28,278 bases of DNA, from assembly GCA_025980505.1 (NCBI GenBank), contig JAICXI010000001.1:1-28278 (forward strand). The letters run 5' to 3'. This document shows, in pieces, positions 1 through 7,805 of the stretch (its first letter is position 1; the number at the start of each line of letters is the position of its first letter). This DNA comes from a bacterium (GTDB lineage: Bacteria; Oederibacteriota; Muellerivitia; Muellerivitales; Muellerivitaceae). The notes below the pieces were generated by a model. It was not told the DNA's origin and ran no database searches. It saw only the letters and a program-made list of their open reading frames with translations. The position numbers and the translations under genes were made by a program.

Positions 1-410
1 AGGGGGATGGCGAATTGACTTGGCTGGTTCCCACAGGTTCCAAATTGGAAGAGGAAACGGCCCTGGGCGTCGAATTTCTGGACGCGGCAGTTATGCCAAT
101 CCGTGACATAGACGTCCCCCTGCGCGTCCGTGACGGCGTCGATGGGCTCCCGCAATTGGCCCGGTTCCCCGCCCTCGCCGCCCCATTGCAATTGGAACCC
201 ATAGCGGAGGGTGGGTGGCTTCAAGGTCCGCCGTAATGGTTTCGGCGTTTTAGAAGGGGGGGAAGACGGTGGGAGAACCTGTTTTTGCGGTGGCCGGGGC
301 GAAAGGAAGTAACAGGCGCCGAAACCCAGCAGGAAGGCCGCGGTAACCGCCAGTGCCGGCCTCAAGGCCGAAGGACCGCTTTCATGGGGTTCATCCGGAA
401 TAAACCACAT
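1..410 (-). CDS. Membrane-anchored NHL-repeat (beta-propeller) protein, runs off the left edge (3' partial)
   Basis: Hand translation; not in the ORF track. ATG at 410-408 follows GGAGG (CAGGAGGTTGTAT-ATG). Protein: MWFIPDEPHESGPSALRPALAVTAAFLLGFGACYFL (TM), a Pro-rich linker, then WGGEGGEPGQLREPIDAVTDAQGDVYVTDWHNCRVQKFDAQGRFLFQFG, a typical NHL repeat. Confidence 0.85.
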   Translation of the reverse strand, partial: MWFIPDEPHESGPSALRPALAVTAAFLLGFGACYFLSPRPPQKQVLPPSSPPSKTPKPLRRTLKPPTLRYGFQLQWGGEGGEPGQLREPIDAVTDAQGDVYVTDWHNCRVQKFDAQGRFLFQFGTCGNQPSQFAIP

Positions 411-510
411 ATACAACCTCCTGGGCGATACTCAGCGAATCAAAGGAGACTTATCTTTTCAAACGGTTCCCGATGCCCGGTGGACCGTTTTCCGGGAACT
501 TCGGAAGCGG

Positions 511-2580
511 TTAATGAATGGGGACAGGCGTACCACCGCCGGGGATTGGAGAGGATAAAGGTGAGGGCGCGGTACCCTTCCAGGGAATAAAACCGTCGTG
601 GACCAGGCTATGGGCCAGGATCAGGCTGAAGAAAAGGTGGCCTTCGGGGTTGAGGTGGTCGTTGCCCCCAATCTCGGCCAGGGGATAAAAAGAGATGCCC
701 AGGGCCGTTATCTCGTCGTTCAAGTCCAGGAAGGGAATGTGGAACTTCCGGGCCGCATCCACCCAAATCGTCGGGTCTTCCGCGTTGGGCCTGAAGATGC
801 CCGTGTGGGTGGAGCAGAGAAGAAGACGCACAGGTTGGCCGGAAGAGGTTTTCATCGCCGACAATTTGCGGTTCAGGATGTCCAAGGGTTTCCCGTACAT
901 TTCAACCAGCAAGTCGTGAAGCTCGGGCCTGGAGTATAGCGCTTGATTGAAGACGAAGTTGTTGCCTTCGATTTTCACCAGATGGTGTTCCTTGCAAAAG
1001 TCGTAAAACTTCCGCGCCACTCCGTCGGGGATCCTTTGAAGCGGCGGTTTCAACAGGTATTCCATATCGTTGGGATATTTGGGAATGCCTTCGTGCGTCA
1101 TGGGGTTCATGAAGTAGAACTTGAAGGGAAACTCGTCTTCGGGTGTCGGCGGGTCGACGATCAAGACCAAGTCGATATCATCCTTTTGAACGGCGCTCGG
1201 AACCCGGTAGGTCGGCCACAGGAAAAGGGGTTGGGTTGCGGAGGTTCCCGTGTTCATGACCTCGAAGTTCATGGGAGCATCCTCCAGCGCCGCAAGGGCG
1301 TTGAGCTCCGATTCCAACCGCTTGGAATAACGGACCTGGGGCGGGTAATCGCCGAAAGCCTTCACGTTGTAGGAGGTTTGGAAATCATGGCCGACGATCA
1401 TCAAGGATCGGGAATCGCCGACGATCAGGATGCGGAAGGTCCGGGGCGGTTTGGGGGCGGGTGAGTCGATGGCGCCTGCGCCGTCACTTAAATCATAGTT
1501 TCCGGATAAGTCGTGAAATGAAGTCAGCATATTGAAATAAGGGTTGATGATATAAAGCCGCCTCGGCTCCAGGGGATCGGCGACGAATCCGGGAAGGTCC
1601 TCCATGTTCAAATTGCTGAGGGGCAAAAACCAAAGCCCCGGCTGGGGTATCCCATCCCCCCAGACGGTTGTAAAGGAGACGGGATGGTTGTCCGGAAAGA
1701 GCCGTTGGAGGGGAGCCTGGACATCCCTCTGGAGCGCGTAAAGGCAGCCGCCGCTTTGCGCCAAGGCTAAAACGTTGGATCCCGCCGTGACGGCCAGGGA
1801 CGGAGGCGGGGCCGGTCCCGCTCCCGGGGTCCATTTCAACACGAAAACTTTGGGAGTGTCGCGGTCCGACACATACAACTGGTTCCCGGCCGCGCAAAGA
1901 GCGAAGGGATGACCTAAACCATCCTGGGTATTGTTTGGAACCAATATCACTTGGCCTGTCTTCATATCCAATCGCTTTAACGTCATTTGACCGGGTTGGG
2001 TGAAAAAGAGGGAATCGGCTCCGGGCAGGTAGGCCATGTCCCGGATGCCAGCCATGGAAACAGTGTCGGCCAACCCTTCGGCCAAAGTTGTGGGTTTGCT
2101 CCCCGCCAGGGTGGTCACGATTCCGTTTTTCAAGTCGACAAGGCGAAGGAGCTTATTGCCGGTGTCGTTGACCACCAGGCGTTCGCCCGGTAGAAAAACG
2201 ACCCCACTAGGTTGGCCGAAACGGGCTGAGGCCAGGGGACCATCCTGCTTGCCCGGCGCCTCCTGGCCCGTCAACGTGGTCACCCGGTTGTCCTGGTCCA
2301 AGTGGATGACCCGGACCCGGTTGTTGCCCGAATCAGCCACGAAGAGCCGGGTGCCGTCGGAACTGGCGGCCAGGCCGAGGGGTTTATTGAAGTAAGCCGA
2401 AGTGAAACCGCCGTCGCGGAAGCCGGCTGTTCCTTCGCCGGCCACCAGGGCGACGGAAGAGGACACAGGCCGCACAGCTCGGCCTGGCCGGGGGAAGAAA
2501 AAAAAGACTGATAAAAAAACAAAAAAAAACGACTGGGAAAGGCGGTGCCTTTCAAGACTCGTTGAATAATGACGCTTCAT
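511..2580 (-). CDS. Secreted NHL-repeat beta-propeller + C-terminal SGNH-like domain protein (paralog 1)
   Basis: ORF 511-2598; ATG at 2580 preferred but uncertain. Hydrophobic N-terminus; NHL repeats (FNKPLGLAASSDGTRLFVADSGNNRVRVI; FGQPSGVVFLPGERLVVNDTGNKLLRLVD); block I KPPRTFRILIVGDS; C-terminal GNDHLNPEGH. Confidence 0.8.
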   Translation of the reverse strand: MKRHYSTSLERHRLSQSFFFVFLSVFFFFPRPGRAVRPVSSSVALVAGEGTAGFRDGGFTSAYFNKPLGLAASSDGTRLFVADSGNNRVRVIHLDQDNRVTTLTGQEAPGKQDGPLASARFGQPSGVVFLPGERLVVNDTGNKLLRLVDLKNGIVTTLAGSKPTTLAEGLADTVSMAGIRDMAYLPGADSLFFTQPGQMTLKRLDMKTGQVILVPNNTQDGLGHPFALCAAGNQLYVSDRDTPKVFVLKWTPGAGPAPPPSLAVTAGSNVLALAQSGGCLYALQRDVQAPLQRLFPDNHPVSFTTVWGDGIPQPGLWFLPLSNLNMEDLPGFVADPLEPRRLYIINPYFNMLTSFHDLSGNYDLSDGAGAIDSPAPKPPRTFRILIVGDSRSLMIVGHDFQTSYNVKAFGDYPPQVRYSKRLESELNALAALEDAPMNFEVMNTGTSATQPLFLWPTYRVPSAVQKDDIDLVLIVDPPTPEDEFPFKFYFMNPMTHEGIPKYPNDMEYLLKPPLQRIPDGVARKFYDFCKEHHLVKIEGNNFVFNQALYSRPELHDLLVEMYGKPLDILNRKLSAMKTSSGQPVRLLLCSTHTGIFRPNAEDPTIWVDAARKFHIPFLDLNDEITALGISFYPLAEIGGNDHLNPEGHLFFSLILAHSLVHDGFIPWKGTAPSPLSSPIPGGGTPVPIH

Positions 2581-2810
2581 AAAGGCATGGCCTTGCACTG
2601 AGGGTTGATGTCTCTAGGTGAATCCTGGAGAAACAATATTTGGCGAGTTTACCATAACAAACGAAAAGCTTTGAAATAGGACGCCTGGTTTATTTCCGAA
2701 AAGTCATGGGGAGGATAACTCGAACCTCCTTAAAATTCCAAGGCTTCCGAATGAGTTGTGGTAAACTTTGATACATTTTCTAAACCGATCTTACGAAAGT
2801 CGTTTATTTC

Positions 2811-3884
2811 ATGACCTTGACCCGAGACTTCCTGAAGGGGGCCTGCCTCTCCTTTTTCGGCCTCCTGCTATCGGTTGAGATTTTCCTGCGCCTCACCGTC
2901 CCCTCCGGCCTCTGGTACCGCCATTTCGACTTCTCGGGCGACATGACCAGCCGGGCCGAACTGAGGGACCGCCTCCATTACGCCGTTCCGCCCGACCATC
3001 GGGTTCTCCTTTTAGGCGACAGCGTGTTGGGGGCGAGCGCCCTGATGGAACACCGCATTCCCCGGGCCCGGCTCACGACCCTTTCCCGGATTTTACGGGA
3101 AGGGCTCCGGTCGGAAGGTTTCAACGCCTTGAGCCTGGGCTCGGACGGGTTGCTTCTCCCGGACATCGAGGGGCTCACGGCCGAATGGAACGACCCGCAA
3201 CCTGAAAAAATCCTCCTCCTCCTCAATTTCCGAATGTTCTCCAGGGAATTCGCCGAAGGCTTCAAGGCCCTTTCCCGGGACTTCCTTTTAACCGACCTGC
3301 CCGAAGACATCCAAAAAAGACTGGCCCCCGAGACGCCTCCCGGCCAGGAAGCCCGCTTGAGCGACGGCCTGTACCAGGGAATGTGCGACCATTGGGTCCT
3401 TTTCCGGGAAACCCAGGCGGCCAAAACCCTCTGGTATTACCCGAGCCAGAAGGATTTCTTCCAGCGGCTGCTGGAGGGGGTTGTGGGACGCAATGACATG
3501 GAAGCGGACATCCTCGAGGCGGCCTTGAAACAAAAGGTGGCCCCCTATTACCAGGCCTACTCCTGGGATCCCGATGCCTTGCCGCTGACCTGCCTCAAAA
3601 GGATCCTGGATCTTTGGAGCCGGGCCCGCCTGCCGGTGACGGTCGTCTTGACGCCCCAAAACGAGCGGTTCTTGGGGAGCTATCTGGACAAGCCCAGCTT
3701 TCAAAAAAACCGGAAGACTTTGTCGTCCTTCCTGAAGACATACACCCGCCGGGGAATGGTTTACAAAGATTGGTCGGGGAAATACCCCTCTTCCTTTTTC
3801 CTCGACCACTGCCACTTGACGCCCGAGGGCAACCGGCGATATGCCGCGGACCTCCAAGTTCTCTTGGAAGGGAAAGGGCGATGA
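2811..3884 (+). CDS. SGNH-fold acyltransferase/esterase, DltD/AlgJ/PatB-like, N-terminal membrane anchor
   Basis: N-terminal TM (CLSFFGLLLSVEIFL), block I LLGDS and block V FLDHCHL (DxxH) give an intact Ser-Asp-His triad. Coupled to the next genes by ATGA and TAAATG junctions. Confidence 0.8.
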   Translation: MTLTRDFLKGACLSFFGLLLSVEIFLRLTVPSGLWYRHFDFSGDMTSRAELRDRLHYAVPPDHRVLLLGDSVLGASALMEHRIPRARLTTLSRILREGLRSEGFNALSLGSDGLLLPDIEGLTAEWNDPQPEKILLLLNFRMFSREFAEGFKALSRDFLLTDLPEDIQKRLAPETPPGQEARLSDGLYQGMCDHWVLFRETQAAKTLWYYPSQKDFFQRLLEGVVGRNDMEADILEAALKQKVAPYYQAYSWDPDALPLTCLKRILDLWSRARLPVTVVLTPQNERFLGSYLDKPSFQKNRKTLSSFLKTYTRRGMVYKDWSGKYPSSFFLDHCHLTPEGNRRYAADLQVLLEGKGR

Positions 3885-4003
3885 CCCCCGGTGATTTCTG
3901 GAAAGGTTTCGGGATCGGGGTGGTTTTATTCGCCTTGTTCCTTGCCATCCTCCTTTTTTCCGGCGACCTTTCGGCTTCCAAATTCATTTATGTGGATTTT
4001 TAA
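3881..4003 (+). CDS. DltX-like 40-aa membrane peptide with C-terminal FIYxxF acyl-shuttle motif
   Basis: MTPGDFWKGFGIGVVLFALFLAILLFSGDLSASKFIYVDF*. ATG overlaps the upstream TGA, and its TAA abuts the MBOAT ATG. One TM helix; C-terminus matches the DltX-type FIY-x-x-F. Confidence 0.85.
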   Translation: MTPGDFWKGFGIGVVLFALFLAILLFSGDLSASKFIYVDF

Positions 4004-5212
4004 ATGATCTTCAACACCAGCTGGTTCCTTCTCTTTTTCCTCCTCTTTTATTTCTTCCTGTGGCTCATGCCGACGGCCAAGATCCGGTTTTTTTATGCCT
4101 TGGCTTGCAGCGCGGTGTTCCATTACCATTTCGCCGGACCCGCCGGGGTGAAACCCATCATCGTCATGGCGGTCATCACTTTCCTGCTGGCGCTTTGGAT
4201 CGCCCGTTGTCCGGCGGGCGGGCCCCGGAAAAAGTGGGTTTATGGGCTGGCCCTGCTGGTCCCGGTCTCAGGCCTTTTGTTTTACAAATACCGGGCGCTC
4301 TTGTTGGGCTCCCTCGGTTCCCTGGTGGGCGGCGGGGCGGGTAACTGGCTTTCCGCCCACGCCATCCAGCCCGCCATGCCACTGGCCATTTCCTTCTTCA
4401 CCTTCGAGTTCGTGCATTACCTGACGGACGTCTACCACGGCCACGGCGAGCCCGTCCGCAATCCCTTCAAATTCGGCATTTTCTGCATCTTTTTTCCCTC
4501 CATCGTTTCGGGTCCCATCAAGCGGTTCCAACCCTTCCTGGCCCAACTGGAGGAAGGGCTCCGGCGGCCCCCGTTGGAAAAAGCCCTTTTGGGGCTGGCC
4601 CAGGTACTGCTGGGTTTTTTCAAGAAGCTGGTCATCGCCGACAACGCCACGATGACCATCCACCTCCTGGAAAAACGCACGGACCTGACCTCCGGCCCGA
4701 TCTGCCTTTTGATGGCGCTTCTTTCCATCCGGATCCTGTTCGACTTCAGCGGTTATTCGGACATCGCCATCGGCCTGGGCAAGATGATCGGACTCGATCT
4801 GCCGCGGAATTTCAACTTCCCCTACATTTCCAGGAACATCACTGAGTTTTGGCGCCGCTGGCACATGTCGTTGAGCAGCTGGATCCGCGACTACATTTAC
4901 ATCCCCATGGGCGGGAACCGTTATGGAACGGCGCGGAAATTCATGAACCTGATGGTGACCATGTTCGTGTGCGGGCTTTGGCACGGCGCCAGCTGGCACT
5001 TCGGCGTGTGGGGCGTTTACCACGGGGTGGCCCTGGCCGGGCATAACCTGTGGGAAAGATCCGGCCTGGGCCAAAAGTGGGCTTCCCTCCCTTTCAGCCG
5101 GTGGGTGGATGTGGCCGTGACCAACGTTTTCGTGGCTTATGGATGGTTTTTATTTTTTTACCCCCTGGACCAAGTGGCGAAATTTACCGGCCGCCTTTTC
5201 CTATTTCACTAA
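4004..5212 (+). CDS. MBOAT family O-acyltransferase (AlgI/DltB/PatA family)
   Basis: Polytopic; PLAISFFTF, FDFSGYSDIAIG, NFNFPY, EFWRRWHMSLSSWIRDYIYIPMGG, GLWHGA (catalytic His). Confidence 0.95.
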   Translation: MIFNTSWFLLFFLLFYFFLWLMPTAKIRFFYALACSAVFHYHFAGPAGVKPIIVMAVITFLLALWIARCPAGGPRKKWVYGLALLVPVSGLLFYKYRALLLGSLGSLVGGGAGNWLSAHAIQPAMPLAISFFTFEFVHYLTDVYHGHGEPVRNPFKFGIFCIFFPSIVSGPIKRFQPFLAQLEEGLRRPPLEKALLGLAQVLLGFFKKLVIADNATMTIHLLEKRTDLTSGPICLLMALLSIRILFDFSGYSDIAIGLGKMIGLDLPRNFNFPYISRNITEFWRRWHMSLSSWIRDYIYIPMGGNRYGTARKFMNLMVTMFVCGLWHGASWHFGVWGVYHGVALAGHNLWERSGLGQKWASLPFSRWVDVAVTNVFVAYGWFLFFYPLDQVAKFTGRLFLFH

Positions 5213-5226
5213 GCAAGGACTGATCG

Positions 5227-7224
5227 GTGGGATTGATTCGTTTTTCCTTTTCAACCCGGTTCCGGGCCCGGTCGTTGCGCCTCATGGCGGCGGGGATGGC
5301 TTTTCTCCCGGGTCCGCCTTCCTTCGCCTTGACGCCCATGGAGTATTACAACAGCCTTGTGGCGGGAGGCGACGACGCCGGCTTCCGGGACGGGGAGTTT
5401 TACCGGGCGCGGTTCTCCCATCCTTCGGGGCTCGGCCTGGACGGCCCGGGCGATAGAATGTTCGTCGCGGACCGGGACAACCACCGCATCCGTGTGGTTT
5501 ATTTGAACCGGGACAACCGCGTGGAGACGCTGGCGGGGACGGGAACCGCGGGCCGGGAGGATGGGCCGGTTTCCAAAGCCACCTTCAACCAGCCCTCGGC
5601 CCTGGCCTTTATTCCCCCGGACCAATTGGCGGTGTTCGACGCGGGGGACAGGCTGTTGAGGGTGGTCGACCTTCGGGCCGGGAGGGTGTGGACCGTTCCC
5701 CTTGGACCCTTGGGTGGGGTTTGGAACTTGGTTTACGCCCCGCGGGAAGGAAGCCTTTATTTTTCGGAGCCCGCCGAGGGTCTTCTCCAACGGTTGGATT
5801 GGAAGACACAAAAAGTAACGACGGTTTTAAGCGCGAATCCCCAACTGCCCCATCCCCAGGCCCTTTGCCTCCACCAAGACCGGCTTTATGCGGCGGACCG
5901 GGATTTACCCGCGGTTTACCGCATCGATCGCGACGCTTCGTCCCCGCCGGGGAAAGCCGCCGTGAACTGGGTGGAAGTGGGGAAGGGGGACCATATCCAG
6001 GAACTGGCGGGTTCGGTGAGTTTCCTGTACGCCCTCCAGGCCGGCCCCATCCCCCTGGCGCGGATTTTGCCGGAGTCCCGGGCTGTGAGCTTGGCAACAC
6101 CCTGGGGATTCCCGGTGGATAACCAGAATCCGGGGACCGAGCCGCTCTTGAAGTTTGACGGAGGCGCCCCCGTGGGGTTCGCCGCGTCGCCGAACCAGGA
6201 AAGGAAACTTTTTATCTCCTGTCCGGGAGCCGGCCTGCAGGACATCATCAGCGTCAAGGATTACGATTTCGACAAGTGGTGGAAATCCTATTCCCGGTAT
6301 GGGGAACCCACTCCCTTAACCTACCTCACGGATTTTGAATATCCGGCCGCCAAACCCCCCCGGACCTTCCGTATCTTGTTGGTGGGTGAATCCCGCGTCC
6401 TTACGGCGCCCGCCCTGGTGCCGGGGGCGAGCCCTTCCGGCTTCAACGAGCTCCACTGGACCCAGGATACGCTGAGGACGGACACCTTTCCGAAAAAGCT
6501 GGAACTGGGGTTGAACACCGAGGCGTCCCTCCGGGATGGCCCGGTTCATTTTGAGGTTTTGGTCCTTTCCCGCCACGGGTTGGCACCCGGCGCTTACCTT
6601 TATGACGAAGTCCCGCTCTTCGTGAAGCGTTACGACATCGACCTGGTACTCGTGCTGGCGGGAAAAGCGGGATACGAGGATTATTTTGAAAAACCCATCC
6701 GACCGGAGGGTATTCCGGCCCACGATTTGGACCCCGCCTACCTGCTGAAGGCCCTCCCGGCCCGTATCCCGCCCGGAACCCCCGCCCGGTTTTACGGGCT
6801 TTGCCGGCAAAAGGGATTCTTGAAGGATGGCGCGGGATTCCCTTTTTGGTGGGAAATTCTCGATAAGGGGGATGGGGAAATCCGCCGGGACCTGATGGAA
6901 ATGACGGCCAGGCCCCTGCGGCTTTTCGCGGAACGATTGAAGTCCATGAGAACCTCCACCGGCTCCGTACCCCGGTTGGCGTTCTTTTACGTCCCTTGGC
7001 GGGATTGGGGTCCCCAGGACAAATGCGAAGCTTTTTGGGACGACCTTTGCCGGGAAAACCACCTGGGCATGCTGGACTTGAGCGATTCCTTCAACGCGTT
7101 GAAGACGGGTTTTTATCCCATCAACCAGCCCAACTGCATGCGCCACTATACGGCCGAGGGGGGGAATGTGTTGATCGCCCGGATTTTAGGTTACTATTTG
7201 ATGAAGCAAGGGTGGGTTCCCTAG
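5227..7224 (+). CDS. Secreted NHL-repeat + SGNH-like domain protein (paralog 2)
   Basis: Signal-like N-terminus ending SFA|LTPM (start codon uncertain); NHL repeats (FSHPSGLGLDGPGDRMFVADRDNHRIRVV); KPPRTFRILLVGES; C-terminal MRHYTAEGG. Confidence 0.8.
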   Translation: MGLIRFSFSTRFRARSLRLMAAGMAFLPGPPSFALTPMEYYNSLVAGGDDAGFRDGEFYRARFSHPSGLGLDGPGDRMFVADRDNHRIRVVYLNRDNRVETLAGTGTAGREDGPVSKATFNQPSALAFIPPDQLAVFDAGDRLLRVVDLRAGRVWTVPLGPLGGVWNLVYAPREGSLYFSEPAEGLLQRLDWKTQKVTTVLSANPQLPHPQALCLHQDRLYAADRDLPAVYRIDRDASSPPGKAAVNWVEVGKGDHIQELAGSVSFLYALQAGPIPLARILPESRAVSLATPWGFPVDNQNPGTEPLLKFDGGAPVGFAASPNQERKLFISCPGAGLQDIISVKDYDFDKWWKSYSRYGEPTPLTYLTDFEYPAAKPPRTFRILLVGESRVLTAPALVPGASPSGFNELHWTQDTLRTDTFPKKLELGLNTEASLRDGPVHFEVLVLSRHGLAPGAYLYDEVPLFVKRYDIDLVLVLAGKAGYEDYFEKPIRPEGIPAHDLDPAYLLKALPARIPPGTPARFYGLCRQKGFLKDGAGFPFWWEILDKGDGEIRRDLMEMTARPLRLFAERLKSMRTSTGSVPRLAFFYVPWRDWGPQDKCEAFWDDLCRENHLGMLDLSDSFNALKTGFYPINQPNCMRHYTAEGGNVLIARILGYYLMKQGWVP

Positions 7225-7286
7225 GAAACCTATCCAAGCTGCGGATCGTCGGAAGAGTATATCGGTTCATTTTAAGGAGGCGCTCA

Positions 7287-7805
7287 TTGAAGAAACTATT
7301 ATTGGTGATGGGGATGTTTTTGACTTCAGTACCCATCTTCGCCCAAGAGACCCCTGCGGCGTCGACTTACTTGGCGGCTCCCACGCCGGCCGCCAGCCCC
7401 CTGTCCCGGGTCATTCCAAAATGGAGCATGTCGGCGGTGCCTTGGGACGCATGGTTCAAGGACAACGCCATGGTCACGGACAAGACCGACTATGTCCATT
7501 TCTTCTGGAATGCCCAGGACTTCAAGGCCAACTTCGAGGTGAAGGAGAAAAAGAAGAGACTGGCGGAGGCCGCCCTTCAACTGGTGTCGCGTCTTTACCC
7601 GTCGGATGCCAAGGCCGACTTAGTGAAGGTGGATATCGTGTATGTCCTGGAAAGGGATGTCTATGGCCAACCCAAGTGGGACAGCCTCCAACAAGTGGCC
7701 CACTTGGAATTCTTGCGGTCCAAGGACTCCAAGCTAGCTAAAACCAAAAAGGAACCCTCCGACGAAGCGCTCCAAAAAGCTTTTGACAAGTTCGATTTAT
7801 TTTAA
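7287..7805 (+). CDS. Secreted hypothetical protein, 172 aa
   Basis: TTG start at 7287 after AAGGAGG (7274-7280); signal peptide MKKLLLVMGMFLTSVPIFA|QE; Ala/Pro linker. Stop overlaps the next ATG (TAATG). The 6996 start in the ORF track overlaps the upstream gene and is rejected. Confidence 0.8.
   Translation: MKKLLLVMGMFLTSVPIFAQETPAASTYLAAPTPAASPLSRVIPKWSMSAVPWDAWFKDNAMVTDKTDYVHFFWNAQDFKANFEVKEKKKRLAEAALQLVSRLYPSDAKADLVKVDIVYVLERDVYGQPKWDSLQQVAHLEFLRSKDSKLAKTKKEPSDEALQKAFDKFDLF

Noticed and set aside
15-236. 73-aa plus-strand ORF
   Set aside because: Antisense shadow of the real minus-strand NHL gene (1-410).
2811-5212. Calling this a dlt (D-alanylation) operon
   Set aside because: No DltA ligase or DltC carrier in the window, and the MBOAT motifs fit the broader AlgI/PatA type; the acyl group is undetermined.
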